DNA of 64,000 nucleotides from Candidatus Levyibacteriota bacterium (GTDB lineage: Bacteria > Patescibacteriota > Microgenomatia > Levybacterales > UBA12049). The stretch is taken from positions 9,113 through 73,112 of the forward strand of contig DAIDHL010000002.1 of assembly GCA_027459745.1 (NCBI GenBank). The letters are read 5' to 3'. Each line of letters opens with the position of its first letter. The first letter of the stretch is position 1. The notes beneath the pieces are model-generated. The model ran no database searches, was not told where the DNA came from, and saw only the letters and a list, made by a program, of their open reading frames with translations. The position numbers and the translations under genes were made by a program. Below are positions 18,961-28,087 of this stretch, piece after piece.

Positions 18961-19806
18961 TTACATACTTTTAAGCTTAAAACTAACTACCAGGGGCAAA
19001 TGATCCGATCCAGTCACCTCTATCCTTCTTGCACTAGTAAAATCTAAATTTTTTTCCCAGATATAGTCTAATTTTTGCCGAAAATGCAGTCTTAGACCCT
19101 TCACTATTTTTTCTACCCACAATCCATCTCGTACAAAATTAGATTGATAAATATCATGACTCCAATCTATCTCCTTAGTTGTATCCTTAAAGCCATATTC
19201 TGAAAACATTCTTTGTAAGTGGCCTCGTTCTTTATTCTTATACACAATATTAATCGTATTAAAATCACCCGCAATTATTGTTTGCGCCACTGAAGACAAT
19301 TTTTGTAAGTTCTCAAGTAAAAATCTGACCTGCTGTCGGCGATGCTGCGCTCCACCCAATACGTCAGCATGCACACAACATACACGAAGTTTTTCTTGTT
19401 GGTAAGAGAAGTCGACTACTAACCCCCGACGCGTAATGGGTTTACCGCTAAACCCGATCATGCGAGAGAATATTTTTTCATGCGGCCTAGGTGCTCTTCT
19501 TTTAGGTAAAATTATATTGTAGGAGTCTACTTTTTTAAATTCTTTTTGCTTCCAAACAATCGCATTTCCAAAAGAAAAATTTCCGGAATTATTTTCAACT
19601 GCCCATTCTGCTTGCCAGTCTTTACCTAATTGCTTTAGTAACTTGTTCATAATGAATTGCTCCTTCTCCCTTAAAGTGACTTCCTGTAAACAAAATATAC
19701 TTACGCCATTGTTGGCCATATCACAGATATTTTTAATCAATTTTTCTGGTCGGCGCGAAACTTCTAGATTATAAGTGGCAATTTTGAAAACTGGTTGCTG
19801 TGTCAT
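18961..19806 (-). CDS. Endonuclease/exonuclease/phosphatase (EEP) family protein
   Basis: 'IATYNL...FCLQEV', 'GDFNT' and C-terminal 'VTGSDHLPLV' motifs. Confidence 0.6.
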   Translation of the reverse strand: MTQQPVFKIATYNLEVSRRPEKLIKNICDMANNGVSIFCLQEVTLREKEQFIMNKLLKQLGKDWQAEWAVENNSGNFSFGNAIVWKQKEFKKVDSYNIILPKRRAPRPHEKIFSRMIGFSGKPITRRGLVVDFSYQQEKLRVCCVHADVLGGAQHRRQQVRFLLENLQKLSSVAQTIIAGDFNTINIVYKNKERGHLQRMFSEYGFKDTTKEIDWSHDIYQSNFVRDGLWVEKIVKGLRLHFRQKLDYIWEKNLDFTSARRIEVTGSDHLPLVVSFKLKSM

Positions 19807-19837
19807 CTTTGTATTCTAACACAGCCACAAAAGAAGA

Positions 19838-20884
19838 TTAACTAAGACCCATTTTGCTTTTTACTTCCTGCATAGTAGTTCTGGCACGGGCCAAACATTT
19901 CTCTCGACTCTCCGCTATAATTGCATCTACTTCAGCTGGATGTTCTTCAAAGTATTTTCTTTTTTCTTGCAAGGGTTGTAATTCTTTAAAAATAGCCTCG
20001 GCTAATTCCTCTTTTAATTCTTTATATCTAAGTCCAGTTGTCAAATACTTACTTTCATACTCCTCTCTTTTCTCTTTTCCTTCAAATAATTCAACAAATT
20101 CCATTAAAGCAGCAACTCCAAGCTGAGAATTAGTATGTGATTTATTATATTTTTCAACATTTTCAATACTTATTGGATCATTCTGAAATTGATTAATACT
20201 TGCTCCGACACCTCCTCCATTATCAGTTGGTACTTTAGCAATTTTTTGTTTAATTGTTTCCAGGTCATCAGTCAAATTAATGTATGAACCCTCCACTGAT
20301 TTACTCATCTTCCCTTGTCCTAACAGAGATGGTACATACTCTCCACTTGTAGCAAATCGATGTGGCTCTGGGAATGTATCTCCAAACATACTGTTAAACT
20401 TGCGGACAATTTCGCGTGTAACTTCAATATGCGGTTCTTGATCGATGCCTACTGGAACCAATTCACCTTTATATAGCATGATATCAGCGGCCATTAATAC
20501 GGGATAAAACAATAATCCCATATTTACATATTTAGGATATTGCGCTTTCTTATCTTTGTAGGTTGGCAAATCCTCCAAACGTGACACTGGATAAACAGTT
20601 GATAACAAGTATGCTAATTCTGTATGTTCTGGGACTTGTGATTGGATTTCCAACAAACATTTTTTAGGGTTCAAGCCAGCCGCTAAATAATCGATAATAA
20701 TTTCCCTTACATTGGCTTGTAAAATTTTGAGATCATAAGGTGTGGTTATGGCATGTAAATCCACTACCGAAAAAATACAATCATAGTCATCTTGCAATGC
20801 TAACATCCCCTTTACTGCACCTAAATAATTGCCGATATGTAATCGGTTGGTAGCACGGATTCCTGAATAAACTTTCTTTTTCAT
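19838..20884 (-). CDS. trpS: Tryptophan--tRNA ligase
   Basis: 'HIGN' (HIGH-class) and 'KMSKSV' motifs. Size is about 348 aa. The ORF extends to 20929, but Met16 (MKKKVYSGIRATNRLHIGNY) matches the canonical TrpRS N-terminus. Confidence 0.8.
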   Translation of the reverse strand: MKKKVYSGIRATNRLHIGNYLGAVKGMLALQDDYDCIFSVVDLHAITTPYDLKILQANVREIIIDYLAAGLNPKKCLLEIQSQVPEHTELAYLLSTVYPVSRLEDLPTYKDKKAQYPKYVNMGLLFYPVLMAADIMLYKGELVPVGIDQEPHIEVTREIVRKFNSMFGDTFPEPHRFATSGEYVPSLLGQGKMSKSVEGSYINLTDDLETIKQKIAKVPTDNGGGVGASINQFQNDPISIENVEKYNKSHTNSQLGVAALMEFVELFEGKEKREEYESKYLTTGLRYKELKEELAEAIFKELQPLQEKRKYFEEHPAEVDAIIAESREKCLARARTTMQEVKSKMGLS

Positions 20885-20961
20885 ATCTTGTATTGTATGA
20901 CAATCACCCTGCTTGTGCAATAAACTCATACTTAATAGCGGCCGCTATATTCAGTTATATT

Positions 20962-21237
20962 TTAGTCAGTATATAAACCTGACTTAATTATTAACTGTTG
21001 TTGTTTTCTAACTCGTCTCTCAGTCATTTTATGCATTATACTTACGACTTCATTTAATTGTCTTTCTGTATAAGCTGAATTCCCTACGTAAGACTCATCT
21101 GGCTTTCTAGCTGATACCACAACTAGTTTTCCATTAACCCTTGTAATATCTTTATTCAACCCTACTCGAGGAGCAACCTCACCAGGTCGCAATTTAGGAG
21201 CAAAACCTTGCCTATTTTCTAATGTCATTATTGTCAC
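20962..21237 (-). CDS. Hypothetical protein
   Basis: 91-aa ORF overlapping the 3' end of the upstream ORF by 26 nt. Confidence 0.3.
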   Translation of the reverse strand: MTIMTLENRQGFAPKLRPGEVAPRVGLNKDITRVNGKLVVVSARKPDESYVGNSAYTERQLNEVVSIMHKMTERRVRKQQQLIIKSGLYTD

Positions 21238-21580
21238 CCCCTTTCAACAGTGGAACCACTGTTATTTCACTATGTTTAAATATTCTTTTTCTTATCCGAG
21301 TAATGCGAAAAATTGCCTTACAGTTAGGATCAGGACAAGCCACATCCGGATCAGTTGTCATGCAATCATTGGGATCAGTTATTCGCTGTTTAGCTGGCAA
21401 TAATGCCAACAAAGATCCCAAGGCATAAATCGTAAAAGTCTGACCTGACGGCATCGATAGATTTTCACCACTCAATTCAAAATAATCCCCGACTTTGTGA
21501 TTACAAACGAATTTGCTTTGCTCGCCAACAACTTCAATTTTTAAATCGTATAAAGTAAAATTTTCGTTTTGTTTTTTCAT
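21212..21580 (-). CDS. Hypothetical Cys-rich protein
   Basis: 122-aa ORF. A hairpin plus GGAGG lie upstream. Confidence 0.35.
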   Translation of the reverse strand: MKKQNENFTLYDLKIEVVGEQSKFVCNHKVGDYFELSGENLSMPSGQTFTIYALGSLLALLPAKQRITDPNDCMTTDPDVACPDPNCKAIFRITRIRKRIFKHSEITVVPLLKGGDNNDIRK

Positions 21581-21801
21581 ATTTCTTGCATTAAAAACCT
21601 CCTATTTAGGAGGTTCATTTATAGTGAAAAATGTGTTTTTCGCGACAAATCAGCCTCCACGTTGAGAGGTTCGCCAAGTAACTAAAGTGTCATGCTGAAC
21701 TTGATTCAGCATCTTAGAAGATTCTGAAATAAGTTCAAGACGACGAATTACCAAATGATTAAAATTATGATTCATATACTTATTTACCCCTTAGTTCTTT
21801 G

Positions 21802-22056
21802 CTAATTAATATTTTTAAAATTGCCTTTTTGAATTTCTTTGGAACCGCGAGTAACTGTTGCCACTCCTACTCCCAATTTTTCTGCAATTTCGTGTTGACT
21901 TACTCCTTCTTTGAGCATTTTTACTATTTCAATTCGACGAACAAATTCGTCGATTTCTGCGAATGTAAATAATCCAGCCAAGAAATTTTCCATCTCTTTC
22001 TTATCGCGAATTTCAGAAAAATGTTTAATAAGAATTTGCAAAGATTTAGCTTTCAT
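21802..22056 (-). CDS. TrpR-like YerC/YecD family DNA-binding protein
   Basis: About 84 aa. '...VSQHEIAEKLGVGVATVTRGSKEI' HTH typical of the YerC/YecD (TrpR-related) family. Confidence 0.6.
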   Translation of the reverse strand: MKAKSLQILIKHFSEIRDKKEMENFLAGLFTFAEIDEFVRRIEIVKMLKEGVSQHEIAEKLGVGVATVTRGSKEIQKGNFKNIN

Positions 22057-22158
22057 TTCATACTATTATACTAGTATATTAGTACGTTGTCAATAGGGAT
22101 AGTTACTTTATTATTTAAATCATTTTTGATCTTTGAACTTTGATTTTTGATCTTTATA

Positions 22159-23421
22159 CTACCCTAGCCATTCTTTCTTCATATCCTCAAACCTATCTTC
22201 TAAAATCGCTTCTCTAATCTGATCTACAAGATGAACTATGAAGTAAATATTATGAATTGAACCGAGTCGCTGAGACAATAATTCTTTGGCCATAAATAAA
22301 TGATGTAAATAAGCCCTGCTAAAATTCTGACAAGTAAAACACTCACAACCCGGATCCAGAGGGTTGGGATCTAATTGATATTGCGCATTGCTAATCTGCA
22401 TGGTGAAATTGCGTTCTTTTCTCCCACCATTCTGCGGATGTAAATATAAATTACCATGTCTACCCCTTCTAGTGGGCGCTACGCAATCAAAAAAGTCCAT
22501 GCCCCGACTGATGCCTTCAAATAAATCCTGCACTTCGCCAATACCGAGCATATGACGAGGTTTGTCTTCTTGAAAATAAGGCACACACCAATCCATCACT
22601 TGATATAAAACGTCTTTGGAAGTATATGATCCACCAATGGAAACAGCGGGAAAATATTTGTCCGTAAAACCAGCGGAAAACTTGCGCAGATCTTCATACA
22701 TTCCACCATGCACTACGCCATACATTAATTGGTCATTACGTTTTTGTGCTTGCAAACTAGCCACTCCCCAACGGCTCGTCCTTTCTAAGGATAATTTAGT
22801 TAATTCATAATCCCACAACGGCGATTCATGATCATCAAAAGCCACGATTAAATCTGCTCCCATTTGTTCCTGCAATTTGATAGAAACTTCTGAATCAAAC
22901 CACAATTTATTACCATCCAAATGCGAGTAAAACCAGACACCATCATCATGTACTCTGGCCGCTTTCAGCTTACTTAGTTCTTTATCAATTCTGGTCTTGG
23001 TAAATGATGGCAGTTGTAAACTTAAGTCAGCTGGTTCTATAAAAACCGACTTAGAGAACTTACTCATTTTTCGTCCATGTACATCTTTCAATACTACTTC
23101 TTTTTGCGCAATTCCTAATGAGAAAACTTGGAAACCGCCACTGTCGGTCATGGTAGGCTTATCCCATGACATGAACTTACCCAACCCCCCCATTTTGGCA
23201 ATAACTTCTGCTCCCGGACGGAGTCCAAGATGGTAAGTGTTAGAGAGTATAATTTGTGCTCCAATATCTTTTAAATCTTGTGCTGTCAATGTTTTAACAG
23301 TTGCCTGTGTTCCGACCGGATTGAAGTTTGGCGTCATAATTACACCATGTGGGGTAACCAGTCTTCCCACTCTAGCTTTTGAAGTTTTATCTCTTTTTTC
23401 GATGGTAAATTTAAAATTCAT
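22159..23421 (-). CDS. tgt: Queuine tRNA-ribosyltransferase
   Basis: 'DSGGFQV' and zinc site 'CECFTCQNFSRAYLHHL'. Met15 (MNFKFTIEK) is the likely start. The longer ORF to 23463 runs into palindromic element copy D. Confidence 0.85.
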   Translation of the reverse strand: MNFKFTIEKRDKTSKARVGRLVTPHGVIMTPNFNPVGTQATVKTLTAQDLKDIGAQIILSNTYHLGLRPGAEVIAKMGGLGKFMSWDKPTMTDSGGFQVFSLGIAQKEVVLKDVHGRKMSKFSKSVFIEPADLSLQLPSFTKTRIDKELSKLKAARVHDDGVWFYSHLDGNKLWFDSEVSIKLQEQMGADLIVAFDDHESPLWDYELTKLSLERTSRWGVASLQAQKRNDQLMYGVVHGGMYEDLRKFSAGFTDKYFPAVSIGGSYTSKDVLYQVMDWCVPYFQEDKPRHMLGIGEVQDLFEGISRGMDFFDCVAPTRRGRHGNLYLHPQNGGRKERNFTMQISNAQYQLDPNPLDPGCECFTCQNFSRAYLHHLFMAKELLSQRLGSIHNIYFIVHLVDQIREAILEDRFEDMKKEWLG

Positions 23422-23433
23422 ATAATAAAAAAC

Positions 23434-23526
23434 GTCATTGCGAGAACTGAAAGGACGAAGCAATCTATAAAAACCTACTAGATTGCTTCACTCACTCCGC
23501 CAGCTGGCGGATTTGTTCGCAATGAC
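23434..23526. repeat. Nested palindromic MITE/RPE-like element, copy D, intergenic between tgt and murD
   Basis: GTCATTGCGAG ... TTCGCAATGAC termini. Internal GAAGCAATC...GATTGCTTC and CCGCCAGCTGGCGG palindromes. Confidence 0.7.
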
Positions 23527-23530
23527 GAAA

Positions 23531-24910
23531 TTATAAGCCATTAACCTCTTGCGTAAACTGTTCTCCTCTCACCTTGTAGTTTTTAAACATCCCGAAACTT
23601 GCGCAAGCTGGGGATAACAGCACAACGTCTCCTGGTCTTGCAATCACATTGGCCGCTTTGATGATCTGCTCCATATTTTGTGCACCTTCAATTAAAAGTA
23701 TCTCTTCTCCATTTTCTCTTCTCAGATCTCCGATTTGCTCTTTTATTCTTTCCCACTCAATTCCGATACCAATAATTGCCTTAATATTTTTTGCCAAACG
23801 AATTGTCTTACCTAGCTCAGTAAAATCGCTATTTTTACTTGAACCACCCAGAATCAATATTTCAGGCTGATTGAATGCTTCAATGGCGGCAATCGCCGTT
23901 TCTGGTGTAGTAGAAAATGAATCATCATAATATCTAACTCCATTTAATTCTCTTATCAGTTGTAACCTATGTTCAAGACCTTTGAACCCTTTCAAAACAG
24001 TCGCAATATTATGCCTTTTCACTCCAGCCAGTGTCGCTGCCATCACTGCAGCACAAACATTTTCAAGATTATGTTTTCCCGGCAGTAAAATATGTTCTAT
24101 TTTAATTACCTCCTCATCTATGCCCATTCCTACCACATGTATTGTTTTGTTCTTTATAAAACAGCCGACTGTGCCATCACGTTCTGTGCTTACCGGAAAA
24201 ACTTGGGCTTCGGTGTAAATATCTGATTCATTTGAGGCAATATAATCACGATTTATGACTGCATAATCATCGGCTTGCTGATAACGCAAAATATTTCTTT
24301 TAGCAGCGATGTATTCATAGACATCTTGATGATAATCTAAGTGTTCACTGGTAATCATTAATAATACGGCAATTTGTGGGCTTTTAGTTAGATCAATCAA
24401 CTGAAAACTAGACAGTTCTAGTACTACTTTTGATCGAGCATTTAAACTATCCAAAAATTCCAACGGGGGCTTTCCAATATTGCCACCAATATACACATCA
24501 AAACCTTGTTTTTTACACATTTCATAGATCAAAGTCGAGGTAGTACCTTTACCTTTTGTACCGGTAACGCCAATCACCTGACAAGGACAATTGTCTAAAA
24601 AAAATTGTGTATGAGAAGTGATAATTACCCCCTGCTCTTTGGCATCTAATAACTTTTCTTTCAACGGAGAAATTCCCGGTGTGCGAAAAACAATTTCAAA
24701 ATCTTTTAATTTTTGGAGTACATCCTTACCAACATGAACTTCAACACCTTGTTGTTTTAAATTTTTAATTTCGTCACTATCCTCTAGAAGTTTCTCATCC
24801 AGCACCACAAACTTTATTTGATGTTGACTAAGGTAATCAATAGTAGCCATTCCTTCTACCCCTAGGCCCAGCACTGCAACTTTTTTATTTTTTAAATCAG
24901 TGATATTCAT
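23531..24910 (-). CDS. murD: UDP-N-acetylmuramoylalanine--D-glutamate ligase
   Basis: N-terminal 'VAVLGLGVEG' Rossmann segment. Mur ligase P-loop 'GVTGTKGKGTT'. Confidence 0.85.
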   Translation of the reverse strand: MNITDLKNKKVAVLGLGVEGMATIDYLSQHQIKFVVLDEKLLEDSDEIKNLKQQGVEVHVGKDVLQKLKDFEIVFRTPGISPLKEKLLDAKEQGVIITSHTQFFLDNCPCQVIGVTGTKGKGTTSTLIYEMCKKQGFDVYIGGNIGKPPLEFLDSLNARSKVVLELSSFQLIDLTKSPQIAVLLMITSEHLDYHQDVYEYIAAKRNILRYQQADDYAVINRDYIASNESDIYTEAQVFPVSTERDGTVGCFIKNKTIHVVGMGIDEEVIKIEHILLPGKHNLENVCAAVMAATLAGVKRHNIATVLKGFKGLEHRLQLIRELNGVRYYDDSFSTTPETAIAAIEAFNQPEILILGGSSKNSDFTELGKTIRLAKNIKAIIGIGIEWERIKEQIGDLRRENGEEILLIEGAQNMEQIIKAANVIARPGDVVLLSPACASFGMFKNYKVRGEQFTQEVNGL

Positions 24911-25006
24911 ATATTCTCCTTTCAGTTCAATCTTTCTACCTTTCAGGTAGCTAACTTGTTGCTCCTATTATACCTTTCCCCCTTGACAAAGGCAAAAAAA
25001 CATTTC

Positions 25007-26152
25007 ATGATACATTCAGCTGTAATTCAAAATATGCAAAATACCACGAATAAATTTCCTAGTATTGGTAGTTTATTTTCCGATAGCTGGAATTTGTTCG
25101 TTAGTCGTCTTGGTAGATTCTTTCTGCTAGCCATTACCTCCTTTTTTTTTAATGCCTTAATTATTGTAATAGGTTTAATTCTAGCCTTTGTGATTGTTTT
25201 TGTTACAAACCTCGGCTCTGCCTTAGCTACCGGACATACAGCAAATATTAATGCCTCAGCTGTTACTGGCGTAATAGGTCTGTTAATTTTAATTTTTCTG
25301 GTAGTAAGCATTATTGTTAATTCAGTTTATAGTGCCTGGCTCCTACTCGCACTCAATGAACCTAAAGAAACTGGCTTTGGAACTATATTTGGTAAAGGTT
25401 TTGGATTTATTCTCCCTCTTTTTTTAATCGGCTTAATTAGTTTCTTTTTCTCAATCGGAGGCTTATTCTTCTTTATCATTCCAGTATTCTTGTTCGCCTA
25501 TTTCTTTGCCTTTAGTGCCTATGAGGTAATCTGTGATTCTCAACGAGGAATTAATGCTTTCAAACGAAGTTATGCCATTACTACCAGCAATTTTGGAGAA
25601 ATTTTTGTTCGTGCGCTCTTAATTATCATTATAAATGTAGTTGCTTCTTCTTTGGCTGGACAGCTTATTCATTACTCTGCTGCTTTCGCATTTATATGGA
25701 TAATTGTTGCTATTCTCTTTAGCTGGTATCAAATCACCTATTTCTTTACTCTTTATCAGCAAGCTAAAGCACATACAGATTTTTCCAAACCAGTTTCACT
25801 TCTCTGGGTATGGATAATAAGTATTTTAGGCTGGTTAATCTTTATATTTGTTATGTTTAGTTTGATCACCGGATTAAGCAGCTTGATTAAGTCAGGAGAA
25901 TTACAAAAGATACTTAATTCCTACGCTCATTCTACCCCAACTCCTACTCCAGTAATAGAAAATAATGTAAATATTAATTATGTTTCTCCTGCAGCTGGAG
26001 CTAATAACACCTATACCTATCCTACTACTGCACCGACAATTGATTACAATGCCAAGCTACAACAAGAAGAGAAACAGGCGCAACAAATGCAGCAACAAAT
26101 GCTACAACAGTATAACCAAACTACTCAGCAACATACTCAACCAACTCCATAA
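25007..26152 (+). CDS. Polytopic membrane protein with Q-rich C-terminal tail (paralog 1)
   Basis: About 7 TM helices. Shares 'FPSIGSLFSDSW', 'ILFSWYQITYFFTLYQQAKAHTD' blocks with the downstream paralog. The ORF may start at 24956. Confidence 0.5.
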   Translation: MIHSAVIQNMQNTTNKFPSIGSLFSDSWNLFVSRLGRFFLLAITSFFFNALIIVIGLILAFVIVFVTNLGSALATGHTANINASAVTGVIGLLILIFLVVSIIVNSVYSAWLLLALNEPKETGFGTIFGKGFGFILPLFLIGLISFFFSIGGLFFFIIPVFLFAYFFAFSAYEVICDSQRGINAFKRSYAITTSNFGEIFVRALLIIIINVVASSLAGQLIHYSAAFAFIWIIVAILFSWYQITYFFTLYQQAKAHTDFSKPVSLLWVWIISILGWLIFIFVMFSLITGLSSLIKSGELQKILNSYAHSTPTPTPVIENNVNINYVSPAAGANNTYTYPTTAPTIDYNAKLQQEEKQAQQMQQQMLQQYNQTTQQHTQPTP

Positions 26153-26258
26153 TAGATAGTCTAGTCTCTATTGTTCTCTATTTGGTCTTTTCTTGTTATA
26201 ATTGCTTAGTAGCTTGACATTGAGCTATAGATTCCCAGTATATAGGGAGTTAAATAAC

Positions 26259-27293
26259 ATGCAATTAAACCATCATACACATAGTATAAAAAACGACAAG
26301 TCGGTTATGTTTCCCTCTATTAGTACTCTATTTAGTGATAGTTGGTATCTTTTCGCCAGTCGTTTGAATCGTTTTTTTCTTTTTACACTCATAAATTTCG
26401 CTATCTTGATAGTCTTTTATCTGGCCTTCTTTACCTTGGTAGCAGCCGTCATCAGACCAATTTTAAATCCACTCTTACAGTCTCACTCTACGATTTCCCC
26501 AATTCAGTTGTTGCCTACCTTAATCCCTGGTGCCATTATACTTTTTCTCGTCTTGATCATCGGCTTAATCGTTATAGGAGCAGTAAATATAACATGGCTG
26601 TTGCTCTCTATTAAAGAAGATGAAGGAATTCCTTTTAAAAAAATCCTTTATGAGAGTCCTGCCTATTTAAAATCAGCGATCCCCACAGCTCTATTACTTA
26701 CAATTTTGAATATGGGATTGTTTATTTTCTTCGTTTTACCATCAATAGCTTCGGGAATCGTTTTCTTCTTATCGGTTTTTTTCGTTTTTTCGTTTTCTGA
26801 GTTAATCTTTTTAGGCAAAAGGAACCTATCCGCTATCCAACGGAGCTATGTGGTAGTTATCAGTCATTTTAAAGCGGTAGCTTTACGTATGGGAAGCTTG
26901 CTATTTGCCTATGTTGTACTAATCTTGGTTCTTAATACCTTACAGATTATCCAATCTCCTGTGGTAAATTGGATATCTGCTATTTTTGAAATACTGTTCT
27001 CATGGTACGCTATTTGTTATATTTATTTACTTTATCAACAAGCAGCTCAACATACCGATGAAGAAAAAACAATTTCTAAATTGTGGTTGTGGAGTATTGC
27101 TATTGTAGGATGGATTTTGACAATATTATTGATTGTCTTAATCAGCTTTGGAGTCTCTTATTCAATTAAGACCGGCGCCTTCCAAAAAGCTATAGATCAA
27201 TTAGCTTTTCCAACTACACAGACCGACAAAACTAAAGCACCCAATATTAAACCATCTATGACTCCCCAAGTTAAAACGATGAATAAAAATTAG
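26259..27293 (+). CDS. Polytopic membrane protein (paralog 2)
   Basis: Tandem paralog of the preceding gene. The ORF may start at 26202. Confidence 0.5.
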   Translation: MQLNHHTHSIKNDKSVMFPSISTLFSDSWYLFASRLNRFFLFTLINFAILIVFYLAFFTLVAAVIRPILNPLLQSHSTISPIQLLPTLIPGAIILFLVLIIGLIVIGAVNITWLLLSIKEDEGIPFKKILYESPAYLKSAIPTALLLTILNMGLFIFFVLPSIASGIVFFLSVFFVFSFSELIFLGKRNLSAIQRSYVVVISHFKAVALRMGSLLFAYVVLILVLNTLQIIQSPVVNWISAIFEILFSWYAICYIYLLYQQAAQHTDEEKTISKLWLWSIAIVGWILTILLIVLISFGVSYSIKTGAFQKAIDQLAFPTTQTDKTKAPNIKPSMTPQVKTMNKN

Positions 27294-27345
27294 TTTAAAT
27301 AACTTACACAACTTCAAACTTCTTACTTTGACTTTTAAACCAATT

Positions 27346-27420
27346 AGTACCAGGGATGAGATTCGAACCCATGACCGCTGCGTTATGAATGCAGTGCTCT
27401 AACCACTGAGCTACCCTGGC
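27346..27420 (-). tRNA. tRNA-Met (anticodon CAT), elongator or Ile2-type
   Basis: Cloverleaf on the minus strand: GCCAGGG acceptor, GCTC/GAGC D-stem, anticodon loop TTCATAA, T-loop TTCGAAT. Confidence 0.8.
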
Positions 27421-27535
27421 AGGTTTTTCAGTATCAAGTATAAAGTATTATGCATTAAGTATAAAGAGATTCTTCTTGTAGCTTTACTTTTCTTATACAA
27501 TTTCGTGCTTCTTAATCGGAATAAAGTATATCAGG

Positions 27536-27565
27536 TTGACCACGATCAAAGCAAACTGTTATAAT
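27536..27565 (+). promoter_or_regulatory. Sigma70-like promoter (TTGACC-18 nt-TATAAT) upstream of the initiator-like tRNA
   Basis: Near-consensus -35/-10 hexamers about 30 nt upstream of the tRNA 5' end at 27594. Confidence 0.45.
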
Positions 27566-27593
27566 GGTTATCGCGCACAAGCGCCATTCAACA

Positions 27594-27661
27594 TGCGGGG
27601 TAATGTACGGTGCATAAAGGGCTCATAATCCTTTTGGTCAGGTTCAACTCCTGACCCCGCA
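27594..27661 (+). tRNA. Initiator-like tRNA-Met (CAT) with reduced D-arm
   Basis: Acceptor TGCGGGG/CCCCGCA plus A73 is the same as the E. coli tRNA-fMet acceptor/3' end. GGG-containing anticodon stem and loop CTCATAA. Perfect T-arm TCAGG-TTCAACT-CCTGA. Only 16 nt lie between the acceptor and anticodon stems (3-bp D stem). Confidence 0.5.
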
Positions 27662-27664
27662 ACA

Positions 27665-28018
27665 CTAGTTATTAAAGAAGTAGTTCCACCATTGTTTCCA
27701 GTTAGGTTGTTGTAATTGAATTTGATCTGGTTGACTTGCATCTACTGAATTCAAAGTTCCACTTGGAATTAACACCAAATTCTCTCCTGGTTTGACTAAT
27801 AACAGTTTATCCCGGGCTTGTTCCTGTACAAATTGTGATTGGGAAACTTGCTTTAATTGTTCCGTTAGTTGATCATGTTTCTTTTGTTCTTGCTTGAGAC
27901 TGGTTTGTGCTTCAATTAAATATCGTCTCTCTTCCCAGGTGGTAATAATAGAATGGGCTAAATTATTTATAATTATTAAACAAATAATTATTGTGGTAAA
28001 AATTATGATATTTTTCAT
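27665..28018 (-). CDS. Septum formation initiator family protein (FtsB/DivIC-like)
   Basis: N-terminal TM, coiled coil, then 'ARDKLLLVKPGENLVLI', typical of FtsB/DivIC. Confidence 0.6.
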   Translation of the reverse strand: MKNIIIFTTIIICLIIINNLAHSIITTWEERRYLIEAQTSLKQEQKKHDQLTEQLKQVSQSQFVQEQARDKLLLVKPGENLVLIPSGTLNSVDASQPDQIQLQQPNWKQWWNYFFNN

Positions 28019-28087
28019 GAGTTATTAATAATCATACTTTTCATGCTTGACTTACGCTCAGAATATTGATATTATGGGCTTCACAAT

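Noticed and set aside
20938-20958. TAGCGGCCGCTA palindrome (NotI site) downstream of trpS
   Set aside because: A single short GC palindrome in AT-rich DNA. There is no partner hairpin or T-tract, so it is most likely chance or a weak terminator remnant.
21595-21720. Hairpins AACCTCC-TATTT-AGGAGGTT and ATGCTGAA-CTTGAT-TCAGCAT as a riboswitch or sRNA
   Set aside because: They are more simply explained as an SD-containing leader stem for the 122-aa gene and a terminator for the TrpR-like gene. No conserved riboswitch core was recognisable.
22159-23463. Longer N-terminal extensions of tgt (to 23463), nnr (to 8971), recF (to 10185) and trpS (to 20929) given by the ORF track
   Set aside because: The extra codons run into intergenic repeat elements (tgt, nnr) or precede canonical family N-termini (MILASIALQQFRNY for RecF, MKKKVYSGI...HIGN for TrpS). 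Internal Met starts fit the family N-termini better.
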